NCBI RefSeq assembly: GCF_030684315.1
Contig: NC_081361.1
Coordinates: 32,842,704 to 32,906,703, forward strand
Reading direction: 5' to 3'
DNA from: Stegostoma tigrinum
Taxonomy: Eukaryota
DNA length: 64,000 nt
Both the position numbers and the translations under genes were made by a program. Below the pieces are notes generated by a model. It did no database searches and had not been told where the DNA came from. It saw only the letters and a list, made by a program, of their open reading frames with translations. Every line of letters starts with the position of its first letter. Positions within the stretch are counted from its first letter, which is position 1. Shown piece by piece: positions 39,238-51,000 of the stretch.

Positions 39238-39855
39238 CTCCTACCAGTGGAAGCATCTTCCCAACATCCACCCTGTCCAGACCATTCAGTATTCTGTAAG
39301 TTTCAGTTAGATCCCCCCCCCACCCTCAGCCTTCTAAACTCCATCAAGTATAGACCCAGAGTTCTCAAACGTTCCTTGTATGCTAAGCTTTTCATTCCTG
39401 GAATCATTCCCATGAGCCACCTCTGAACCTACTCAAGGGCCAGTACATCTTTCCTGAGATATGGGGTCCAAAACTGCACGCAATCCTCCAAATGTGGCCT
39501 GACCAGAGCCTTGTAGAGCCTCAAAAGTACATCCTTGCTTTTATATTCAAGTCCTTTCAAAATAAATGCCAAAGTTGCATTTGTCTTCCTAACTAGTGAC
39601 TCAAACTGCAAGTTTACCTTGAGAATTCTGGACTAGAGCTCCCAAGTCTCTTTGCACTTCAGACTTTTGAATTTTCTCTCCATTCTTACCAAAGTGCATG
39701 ACCTCACATTTTCCTATGTTGCACTCCATCAGCCATCCCCTAACCTGCCCAAATCCTTCTGCAGTCTCTCCACTTCCTCAATACTACCTGTCCCTCTACG
39801 TATCTTTGTATTGTCTGCAAGTAGCCAGAATGCCCTCAGTTCCTTCATCTAGATC
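39238..39855 (-). mobile_element. CR1-type LINE ORF2 fragment
   Basis: GLEYKSKDVLLRLYKALVRPHLEDCVQFWTPYLRKDVLALE. Confidence 0.85.
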
Positions 39856-39856
39856 A

Positions 39857-40042
39857 TTTCCTCCCATAGTCCAAAGATGTGCAGGCTAGGTGGATTGGCC
39901 ATGCTAAATGCTCGTGGTGTTCAGGGATGTGTAGATTAGGTGGGTTATGAGGGATGGGTCCGGGTGGGATGCTCTGAGGGACAGTATGGACCTGTTGGGC
40001 TGAAGGGCCTGTTTCCACACTGTACAGATTGTTTGATGATTC
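39857..40042 (+). mobile_element. 5'-truncated HE1-type SINE
   Basis: TCCAAAGATGTGCAGGCTAGGTGGATTGGCCATGCTAAAT...GGCCTGTTTCCACACTGTA, matching the 3' half of 17108-17451. Confidence 0.8.
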
Positions 40043-40289
40043 TCCGATGACTTAAACTCAAACATTGGGGTCAGATAAGAAACCGTTTGCGGATGATACA
40101 AAGTTGGTCATTTAGTAGGTAGGGAGGAAGAAAGCTTTAGACTGCTGGAAGCTATAAATGGTCTAACTAGCTTGTGGAAAATAGATTTCAATCCAGAAAA
40201 GTATGGGGTAAAACATTTTTGAGGGGACAAGATAAACAAATATACTATATACAGAAGAATACCAAACAGTGAAGTCGAGGAAACAGACA

Positions 40290-40705
40290 CACAGTCATAG
40301 AGCACAAAAACAGACCCTTTGGTCCAACCAGTCCATGCCACCATAATCCCAAACTTAACTAGTCCCACCCGCCTGCTCCTTTCCTATTTATGTATATATC
40401 CAAATGTCTCTTAAACGTTGCAACTTTGCCCACATCCACAACTTCTCAGGAAATTCATTCCACAAACCAATCCCTCTCTGCATTAAACATTTTGCCCCTT
40501 ATGTCTTTTTAAAATCTCTCTGCTCTCACCTTAAAAACGTACACCCCCCCCACCAAGTCTTGAAATTCCCATCCTAGGGAAAAGGCACCTAGAATTAATC
40601 CTATCGAGACCTGTCATGATTTTAAACACTTCTGTTAGGTCACCGCTCAACCTCCTATGCTCCAGCGAAAATAGTCCCAGGCTATACAACCTTTCTTTAT
40701 AACAT
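40290..40705 (-). mobile_element. CR1/HER1-type LINE 3' end
   Basis: LGLFSLEHRRLSGDLTEVFKIMTGLDR plus the 3' UTR TGGACTGGTTGGACCAAAGGGTCTGTTT. Confidence 0.8.
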
Positions 40706-41609
40706 CGTGGAACGGATGTACAAAACATCTTCAAACTCAGCAGCTCAGGCAGGCAAAATGGCTAAGAAGGCAGACAAAATATGTTACATTATCGGCGGAG
40801 GCACAGATTGTAAGATCAGGAAAGTTGCTCTGGAAATGTACACGGCACTAGTTAGACCGCAGTTTGAACACTTGAGTGTAGTTCTGCTGACATTAGAGAG
40901 GAAAGCTGTCATGGCAATGGAAAGGGTGCAGAGATTTATGAGGATATTGCCAGGACATGAAAGCGCTGAAAAAGACTGGAGAGGCTGGGGCTGTTGAACA
41001 CCGCTCTTAAATCTCTCCAACCTACCCATTATAATAAAATCCTTTTCTGCATCCTCTCTAAAATTCTCCCAACCTTCCTAAAGTGGGCTGCCGAGAACTC
41101 AGTGGGAATATCCCACCGTAGGGTGAACTCGACCTTTCGGGCTTTGAGAAAATAAACTCCTCCCCAACATTCGCCTCAATGTAGGAAACACCGCAAGGTC
41201 TGGGGAGATATTAGCCAGAAACACGACAAGTCGGAATCTCTCACAGGGTGTAAACTTCTCAAAATCTGCCTGTCACTTTCCACTTGGCGGTTGGCTCCAA
41301 TTTCATGGGGCTCAATAAACTGTATAACCGAGTTCTTAATATTTCATCAGTTCTTAATCTTTGGTTTGGTTTTCACTGGTGTGGAATTTCACCTTCAACA
41401 CCTGAAACGGCAAACAAAGCAGCGAATATTCAGAGCAAAAGTGGCTCTTCAGAACTCGCCTGGTGGGTGGGATCCAGACGCATCGGCCTTGATTTCGGTA
41501 CTACCCATGTTCAAAGCAAAAGGGCAGGGACGCAGGGCCGAAGTGGGATTGGCAATGAATTCGCCAGCCACTCCCACCCCTCGTTATTTTTGACAGTATT
41601 TCTTCATGT

Positions 41610-41976
41610 ATTAGCGTAGCGCCGATCGGAATTTGAGGCGTGCGCGTTAATAAATAATCGGGGCGCTAAAAATAGCGCGGGAAATCAAAGTATCTTCTAA
41701 ATGGTATACACTGGCGGATGGTAATCTGTCATGCATTCGCCCCATTGCTCAGTTTAAGACAGGCTAGGTCTGAGCGACAAGAGGTGACTTGCTGCAGGGT
41801 CAGACTTGAATGCAGGGCACCCCAAGTGCAAACTCTTGTAATACTTCCACGCAATCCTTTTATTTAATTCACCAGGGAGATGGATCTTAGACACAGCAGC
41901 TCCGCAAGACGGCGTGGAGTTATAACCAAGGACAGCTCAAGCATTGAGGAACTGACTGGGGTGAACTAGCTGGAGC
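41610..41976 (+). promoter_or_regulatory. Putative promoter/5' region of LRRC52-like gene 1
   Basis: CpG cluster at 41615-41680 and TATAA at 41921-41925, immediately upstream of an ATG in strong context (AGCATGG). Confidence 0.35.
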
Positions 41977-42607
41977 ATGGATGAGTGGTTCGCTGTTCGC
42001 CTTTTCTGCATGAGGCTGCTGAGTGTTTTTTTGCTGTTCAGAATGCCTGGGGTTGCTGGCTGCTCCACCGAATGCATCTGCACCCAGTTTCTGACGAACT
42101 GCACAGGGAGTCAGCTCCAGCAGGTCCCTACTGGGATCCCGCTCAGTACCCAGCAGCTCATCCTGTCCGACAACAACATCTCCATCCTGCCCCCGCTCGC
42201 CCTCAACTACCTGGGCGGCCTGGTGTACCTGGACTTCAGGAACAACTCTCTCACCGAGATCTCGCACAGCTCCCTGCTCAACCTGAAGACCCTGGTGTAC
42301 TTGGACCTCAGCTGCAACCAGCTGCGGAGGATCACCCACCTCAGTTTCAAGTCCCTAACCAGTATGGTGGTGCTGAAGGCGAGCCGCAACAGGGAACTGA
42401 CCTTCATTGACCACCGCGCGTTCTCCACAAACGAGAAACTGCAAGAGATTGACATAAGCGGCAATGGACTGACTTTTATTGATGCCAGCATATTGGAGGC
42501 ACTTCCACATTTGCGCTCCGTGCGGATGTCTGGGAATCCTTGGACCTGTAACTGCAACGCGCAGTATTTAAGTAACTGGATGAGAAAAAACAGAAGGATC
42601 ATTCCAG
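41977..42607 (+). CDS. LRRC52-like protein (BK/Slo gamma-subunit family), divergent paralogue, exon 1: signal peptide, LRRNT, ~6 LRRs, start of LRRCT
   Basis: Hydrophobic leader, CSTECIC..C LRRNT, LxxLxLxxN repeats (LVYLDFRNN, LVYLDLSCN), GNPWTCNC. Phase-1 donor CCAG|GTAGAT after 42607. Confidence 0.9.
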
Positions 42608-44241
42608 GTAGATTTTCGATTTAAAATCTGTTTTTTTCCGGTAAGAATCTATTCTTGTCTCAATCGACTGCAAACTTTAGTAGAAGGACAAATGACATTG
42701 GAAATCTGCGCTTAAAAAAATGAACTTGGAAAATTAGGGAGAGTGCAATAACTTCCAACCTGACTCCATGCAGCATTTTCCACTCTTGGGTACCTATTTG
42801 TAACATACATTCCATGTCAGACCCACAACCCAAAGGGGAATCAATTCAAATTGAACATTTGCAGCGAGTAAAATAGAATTCAACTTTTCTCTATGTATCA
42901 TGTACCACTCCGAGATTCCTCAATACAATTTCCATACTGTCGGCACTGAGAGTGGACAATGGGACATCGGGAATTGCTGGGACACTGTGTAGACTCATTT
43001 CACTTAGTCTAAACCAGCAGAGTGGTGAACGCACCAATCTCGACGAACTTCAGAGTTAGTCTCTTAACTTTACCCATTGTATACTCAAACTCCTGCAGTT
43101 GATTTGTCTAATTCTGTACCAGAGACAACACAGGGACCATTTGAGGATTACGGTGTTCTGGACAGTTGTGAATTAAATTGCAGTGTAATTCAATGCTGTT
43201 GAAGTACATTGCTTGACTGAAAAATTCATAGGAGATATAACTGTCAACTAGAGACATTGTATGGAATGAATGTTAAAATCAACTTCAATTACAGCGCTAC
43301 TGGAATCAGATACAGAATTCCAGTGCATCAAATCAAACACTGTTACATCTGCACTTCTTAATCATACTTTCATGTATAAAATCCTCAATTTCTGTATGTA
43401 GATATAAATTCTTAAAGGAAGATTAAGATGCTACACGACGTAATTACTGACTTCAAATGCATCCAATCAGGAAAAGCAGAATCCGATCTTATTCCAGATA
43501 CATTGAAAAACAAACCCTCCAACTATTCAAGTCAGATCAACGTAACTTAGTGTGGGAGCCCACCATTCAGGCAGAAGTTCCAAAAATGACAGTGAATTGT
43601 AAATCAGTTGTATAATGATTATTATATCAGATTAGAAACCCAAGAATACGAATGACTATAACTGGATACTTGTGAAATTGGATTGGATTCAATAAGTCTC
43701 TCAATCATTTATCATGTTCAGTACTTGGATCAGGATGTATTTTAATTTTCAACATTGTTCTAATTAGATTGCAATAGGTTGTGAAGGCAAATGAAATATG
43801 AATCAATAATAGTGTAATATTTAACAAGAATGAATAATAATTTAATTTCATTCATGGGATGTGGGCATTGCTAGCTGGGCCAGAATTTATTGCCCATCCC
43901 TAACAGCCTTTGAGAAAGTGGTGTTTGCCTGCCTTCTTGAATCACTGCAGCTCATTTGCAGTAGGTAGACACACAATGCTAGTAGGAAAGGAGGTGCTCT
44001 GGTTGTTTCAATGTGTCTTAGATAGGTTCAGGCTTGGTTTTGCCTGATCGATTGTTTGATTGGATGGCTTTGGGATGTGTAACATTTCCATGTTTCTTTA
44101 CTGGCCAAAAAAATGTAAATATAGATATTTAATGTTCTGTACAATAGAATGTGGATTCAGATTTACCAATGCACCCAAGGTTGTGTACTTGATTGAATTA
44201 GTTTAAAATACTATTGATTGCTCTTTTCTTCACCTCACCAG

Positions 44242-44600
44242 ATGCTGCTAATGTCACATGCACATTTCCAGATTCTTTACAAGGGATCCTTGTCATGGAA
44301 GCTGCAGATGAACTTTACTCACTTTGCCAGAGAAAAAGGCAACTCAAATCAAGAGAAGTCCTATATTTTTGTCTTATTGGCCCAGGATTATTTTCTGCAA
44401 GCATTGTTCTCAATTTTACTTGCAGTTTACTGATGGCTCACTTCAAGAGATTCAAAAGGAAAGAGCTCAAGCGTTATCGGAAACTTCGCAGGGCCATCTC
44501 ATTTAAATACTCAAGGCGGCCGAATGTGATAACTCAGGAACACATTGCCAAAGCCAATACAAATATAAATGATCATTTAGGAACACAACACAATGGCTGA
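44242..44600 (+). CDS. LRRC52-like paralogue exon 2: LRRCT end, transmembrane helix, basic cytoplasmic tail
   Basis: Acceptor CTCTTTTCTTCACCTCACCAG|AT gives an in-frame G+AT (Asp). Reads AANVTCTFPDSLQG..LC, hydrophobic VLYFCLIGPGLFSASIVLNFTCSLLMA, stop TGA ending 44600. Spliced CDS is 990 nt = 329 aa. Confidence 0.88.
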
Positions 44601-44985
44601 CTTTATATTGGAATGCTTGCTGCTATGAAAAGGTGATCCATGTTGAATAGGAATTTGATTAACTGGCACAAAAGATCACTAGATGAATACTGAAGTATTG
44701 CCTTAATATTAAAGCCATCAGCACTATTGGATTAAAATTAACCTTGTTAACTGGATTGTAATTAATCATTTCTGAACTTAATTTTCTACAGCATCCTGAA
44801 TCTCAAAATACAGATACATTTCTACATATTTATTTGCTACTGAATAATATACAGATGAATTAATGAGGTGTTTTCATTCACATTACATTTGCAGACACGA
44901 ACTGCTTGTTCTGAAACCTTATCTTATTTCTAAAATGCTGGATGAATCCAAAGAATTATGGCTAAAAACCTTAGGAATTTTATTT

Positions 44986-45198
44986 AATGAAATGTGAGGC
45001 TGGATGAACACAGCAGGCCAAGCAGCATCTCAGGAGCACAAAAGCTGACGTTTCGGGCCTAGACCCTCTCTGATGAAGGGTCTAGGCCCGAAACGTCAGC
45101 TTTTGTGCTCCTGAGATGCTGCTTGGCCTGCTGTGTTCATCCAGCCTCACATTTCATTACCTTGGAATCTCCAGCATCTGCAGTTCCCATTATCTCTG
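44986..45198. mobile_element. Fold-back PLE terminal-repeat insertion, family A (apparently young)
   Basis: Essentially perfect inverted arms. Tail on the right arm only. Perfect 13-bp TSD AGGAATTTTATTT at 44973-44985 and 45199-45211. Confidence 0.92.
45070..45097 (+). ncRNA. Minimal hammerhead ribozyme motif (PLE family A)
   Basis: CTGATGA-A-GGGTCTAGGCCC-GAA-ACGT-C, identical to 25610-25637. Confidence 0.65.
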
Positions 45199-45642
45199 AG
45201 GAATTTTATTTGTTACCCTGTGAATGATGTGAAGAATAGGGAGAAAATTTTAAGCATTGAAAGAATTAAAAATAATTTATGAACATATTCTTGATGTGTG
45301 ATATGGTTCAGTAAAGCTTTTTCTGTCTGTGCTTTAAATTTGGCTAGGTTTGACTTATAACAGGATGTTAAAACTGGAATCTAGAGGGATTAGTGCTCAA
45401 TGGGACCACTGTAGATTTTGGCCTTTGAATCCTGTTCATTACAATGGAAAGAAAGTCCCCTTTCTCCTCTGGGCAACCAATGGAAGTTCCAGGGAATACA
45501 GAGTGGCAATATTGAACTAAGCATGGTTTGAATACACATGAACGACTTTTGAATCAGAGTAGTTTAGAATATCTGGTTAGTAAGGATAAGTTGGACCAAA
45601 GGGTCTGTTTCCATGCTGAATGACTCTATGACTATGATTCCA

Positions 45643-46259
45643 TGTTCCTTTAAAAGGGATTTGTTCTCTCCTGTTTTTCTTGAAAACAGGAGGTGTATAC
45701 CTAGTGCCAAGGTGCCTGCTCCATGGAAAGCAGAATAAATAGCTTTGGGTTCTTAAAAAAAAAGACAAAAGAAGCATGAGTGGGTGGGGTCAGGTTCACA
45801 CAGATCCAGGGTTTTAGTTTTTGCTTTCAGTTATTGAATTTGGGGTTTTGGAGTGGAAGCTGATAGATACAGCTGTCTCTGCTGCAGCTACAAAAGATGA
45901 GTTCTGTGTCTGCTGCTTTGTTCTTTCTCCTGGACTGGAGAAGATAGTGAGTGAAGGAAATTTGTTTTGCAGAATTTGTATTTGTCAATGTTGTGTTTAT
46001 GGGATGCTGCTATATTGGAACAGTGGTACTTAAAAAATATATTTTTTAAAGTATTACAAAAAAGTTCAAGTTGTGCCAACTTTTATTTTTTGTTTGTATT
46101 TTAACTGTGGTGTAAGAATAAAGTGTATTTTGCTTAAATCCTAGTAGTCCGACAAATCAAATCACATCTGGAATGCAGCACCTTACACTTGCTTTTAAAT
46201 AAATAAAAGTTAGGCTTTTTCCTTGATATATTTTGAGGGTTTAGATCTGATCTGTAACA
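45643..46259 (+). mobile_element. Possible solo-LTR-like repeat
   Basis: Ends TGTAACA with AATAAA ~140 bp upstream. 5' end and TSD not identified. Confidence 0.3.
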
Positions 46260-47390
46260 GTATCTACTTTGTCAAGGCCCCTAAGGGTCTTCTAATTTTC
46301 GATAATGACACCTCTCTTTCTGCTAAACTCCAGGAGTATAGGCCCAATCTATTTAACCTCTCCTCATCAGATCCCATATCTGGGATCAAATGAATCTACC
46401 TTCTCTGAACTGCTTCCAATGCCATTATATCTTTCCTCAAATGGGAATCAAAGCTGTTCATAGTATTCTAGGTGTGGCGTAACTGGTGCCTTGTAGAATC
46501 TTAAGGTCATACAGATGTACAGCATTGAAACAGACCCTTCAGTCCAACTTGTCCATATGGTTTTGACAAGACTTCTCAATAATTATACTCTATTTTCTTG
46601 AAGCTCATGGCCAACACTCCATTTGCCTTCAGTGTTGTGAGCTGAACTTTATGTTAGCTTTCCTTGATTCGAAACCCAAATCCCACTGTGCGGTGGACCA
46701 CCTTCAAAGAAATAATATTCAGTGCCTCAATTGCTCCTCTCAAAGTTCATATCTCTTAAGTGTAGACTCCCCTCATCATCCTCACCACTTGCTTTCCAAT
46801 TTATTTTTGTGTCTTCTACAAACTTGGCCATAGTACATTCATTTTCCTTGTTCAAGGAATTAATATATATTGTAAATGATTGTGACCCTAGCAATGATCC
46901 CTGTGACACTCCACTGGTTATAAGTTGTCATCCTGAAAATGCCTGCATATCCCAACTCTCTGTCTTCTATTAGTCAGGCAATCATCTATGCATGTGAATA
47001 TTCCATCCTCAACACCACCGGCACTTACTTTATTAAGCAGCCTAATGTGCAGTAGCACTTTATCAAAGAACATTTAGAAAGTCAAATATATTGCATTCTC
47101 AAAGAATTCTAATAGATCGTCCTTAAAGATTTCTAATAAATTTGTCAGAAATGATTTCCCTTTCATGAAAGCCTTGCTCACTCTGCTTTATTATGTTATA
47201 TATTACAATTGTTTTGCTATTACATCCTTTATAATGGATTCTAGCAGTGTCCCAATGACGGATATTGATCTAATTGGCCTATAGTTAGCAATTTTTGATT
47301 TGTCTCCTTCCCTTTCTTGAACGTGTGTCACATTGGCAGTGATCTAATCCTGCAGGATTTTTCCAGAATCTAAGAATTCTTGGAAGATTC
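46260..47390 (-). mobile_element. Decayed CR1-type LINE RT fragment
   Basis: SQGSLLGSQSFTIYINSL..CTMAKFVEDTK, corresponding to PQGSVLGP..F.IYINDL..KFADDTK. Confidence 0.75.
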
Positions 47391-48083
47391 TTGAACACCA
47401 GGAGTTGTGCATGTGCTCAGACTATGTTTAGTAACTAGAATCTCAGCTCCAACACAAATATCAAATTCAACTTAGTGGAGGATGATGAGGCTTTTATGTA
47501 TGAATCTTTAATGAGAATATTAGGGTACAGTGTAATAGATAGTGACATTATTGTGAAACATAAACATATTTTCATTTTCTGTAACCCTTATTTAGAACGT
47601 TGGAAACTATTGATGCTGAGTCCAGAGAAAGGGCATGCGAATGTTTTGAGTCACTTGTGAGGAACTTGATAATTAAGTGTCACCTAGTGGTCCATTCTGC
47701 AATTACATGTTGTAAACTCAGTGGCTCTCATATTGCTTGAATATTACAGCTCATTGATCTGATCAGAAGTGGAAGCTCTAAGAGAACACTACTCACTGCA
47801 TGTCTAATTGTGTGGATATCTGAACAAGAAAGTCCGTAGGAATACGCATGCAGTTCCTTACAGTAGCACGTGTACTCGTTTCTGCCTACGGTATTGCATT
47901 CAAAAGTAAAGGGACTTTTCAAGAGAGATAATAAAACAAAAATGGAGTGGGATTGAAAAGGAGGTGAATATTATAAATGGGTCTGAAAGGGTGAATACTT
48001 GAGTGCAATAAACAACGTCCCCTATGACGATGCCTTAAGAATTTGGGCAGAATGACAAAGGAGCTGGGATGAGATGTTAGACA

Positions 48084-51000
48084 ATAAGACCATAAGATAT
48101 AGGAGCAGAATTAAGCCATTTGTCCCATCAAGACTTCTCTGCCATTCGATCATGGTTGATATGTTTCTCTTGCCTTCAACCCATAACCCTTGTTCCCCTC
48201 ACTAGTCAAGAACCTATCTATCTTTGTGCTAAATACACTGAATGACTTGGCTTCCACATCCCTCTGCAGCAATGAGTTCCACAGAATAACCACCTTCTGG
48301 CTGAAGAAATTCCTCTTCATCTCAGTTCTAAAGTGTCATTCCTTCACTCTGAGGTTGTGCCCTGGAGTCCTAGTCTCTCCTACCAGTGGAAGCATCGACA
48401 CCATGCCCACTCTATCCAGGTCTTTCAGTATTCTGCAAGTTTCAATCAGATGCCCCCCTTGTCCTTCTCACTCCATTGAATCCATGTATCCATAATCCCT
48501 CCTCATGTGATGAGTCCAGGATAATTTCTTGCAAACCTTCTGTGGTCATTCTCAATGCTTGCTCATCTTTCCTTAGATACGGGGCCCAAATCTGCTCACA
48601 ATATTTCAAATGTGGTCTGACCAGACCTTTATACAGCCTTAGCAGTACAGCTCTGCTCTTGCATTCCAATCCTCTTGAAATTAATGGTAATATTGCAATT
48701 GCGTCCTAACTGTCATGTGAAACTGCACACTAAGTTCAAAAGAATCATGAACTAGGACTTCCAAATTCCTTTGTGCTTCAGAGTTCTGAAGCCTTTCTCT
48801 ATTTAGAAAATAGTTTACACCTCTATTCTTTTTAGCGCTGTGCTTCTGCACCCTCCCCATTCCTCAACAGAGCCTGACCCTCCCTCTTTGTGTCATCTTC
48901 AAACTAAGCAACAACGTCCTTAATTCCCTCATCCACATTTGTCGGGCATAATCTTTCCTTGGTAAAGTTGCGCTGACTCTGTCCTTTTTACAAGTACCCC
49001 ACAATCTCATCCTTAATAATCGACTCTAAAATCTTACCAATGACTGAGGACAGGCTAACCGGTCTATAGCTTCCTGTCTCCTGCCTCCTTCCCTTCTTAA
49101 ACACGAGCACTAAATCAACCATTTTTCAGTTTACTGGGACCCTCCCTGACTCCAGTAATTCCTTGAGGGTCACCACAAAAGCTTCAAAAATCTCCTCAGC
49201 TGTCTGCTTCAGAACTCTAGGGCATTATCCATTGGTCTGGATGATTTATTCATCTTCAGTGCTTTCAGCTTCCCCACTATCTTCTCCTTAGTGATGGGCT
49301 ATTACACTCACCTGTATTCCTGATGCTCTTGAAGTTCTAGTATGCTTCTGCTGTCTTCCTCACTGAGAATTAATGCAAAGTACCTACTCAGTTCCTTCAC
49401 CCTTCTTTGTTCCCCATTATTATTTCCATGGTCTCATTTTCCAGTGGTCCAATGTCCACTCCTACTTTGAGATATGTTAAAAAAAACTCTCACAATCTTC
49501 TTTAATATTACTAGCTAATTTACTCTCATATTTCATCTTTGCACATTCCCTTCAACCCCCATTGCTATTTAGTTATCCTTTCCTGGTTTTTAAAGGCTTC
49601 CCAATACTTCACCACATTGCATGCTTTTTCTTTTGCTTTTTTGCTGTCCCTGACTTCCCTTGTCAGCCATGGTTGCCTCATCCTCCCCTAAGTATGTTTC
49701 TTCTTCCTTGGGATGAATTTCTGCGGTGCCTCCTGAATTTCTCCTGCCATTGTCTTCCCTGCCTTCTGTAAGGGCCAAACATCCACCCCCACTGACCAGG
49801 GACAAAGATTCAGGAAGCAGGCAGGATTCAGGCATGTGGCCATCTTTATTCTTACTTAAGCAATCACTGGTTCACGCAGGTAGAGGGGCAAAGATCTTCC
49901 CCAAACCTAGCCTCAATGTGAGAATGCAGTTGTTCCCTTAATCTTTGGCCAGATCAGAAGAGCGATTGATGACGCTCTGATTTTCACAGCGGCAACAACA
50001 GTGTAATAGATTTTGTGTTCCAAAAATCACATACCATGTGGTCATTGTGTCCTTCCCTTATTCTATACATCCAATCCTGCGAAACACCTAATCAATCATG
50101 GGCACTCCTATGCACTGCCCCAAGTTATCATGATCTCATGGCATTTAACAGGCATTGTAATTTCCAGTCCTTGGCAACTTTCCACGCCTCTTATTAATTA
50201 GCATCCCAAAGTCACTAGTTATTCGCCTTCCGACATATCTTAGACTTACTTATCTCTGAGGATTACTTGAATTCTGTTGCCCCTTGTATTCCTTTGCTGT
50301 CTCTATCAAATTCTGTTACTCTTCATATTTTCCCACTGTCCTAATTGTTTGTAAAAGATACAAAAGGCAGTCGGTTCTGATCAACTGCTCTCAGATTCAT
50401 AATGTTAATTTCTATTATAAAGTTAGTCATGTGCAAAGTTTTACAGCTACTTCTACTGACAGCACTCTTTAGCTAATGAGTTGTGAGCACTTTGTTTCGC
50501 ATAGGACACGCCAGGCCTCCTTTTAGTGGTAAAGAAAAAGTTTCCCCGGACTAAGTAACTGTCACATCTATGTTTGAATGTTATCCTCTAATGCTTTTAT
50601 TATATTTTAGTTATAGATGTGTGTCTATAATTGTGTTGAAATCTATCTCTGTGATAATCTGAAGAATCTTAAAACCAGGACCTACTTCTTAATATGATGA
50701 ATAATTTCAAAGAAACAACTGATTACAACAAAATGAGTTTGGTGATTATTTACACAGCTGCACGATGAGTTAAACTGACTGTTTTAACTGACGCTATTCA
50801 CCTACTGGAACAATATCCTTTTGTTAATGAAGCTGAAATCAATCACTCGTCATAGTTTAATGAACTTATGTCTATCCTTAGACATCCTCTTATCGACTGT
50901 CTCCGCTGGCTGTTCGTGCAGGACGCCTCCTTGGCCTTGGAGTAACCCTTGCTCAAAGGTACCATTGTGTTTCACTTAAATGCTGGAGCAGGTGTTTAAT

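Noticed and set aside
41920-42602. Overlapping antisense and alternate-frame ORFs over the LRR exon
   Set aside because: Expected shadow ORFs of GC3-rich, Leu-rich coding sequence.
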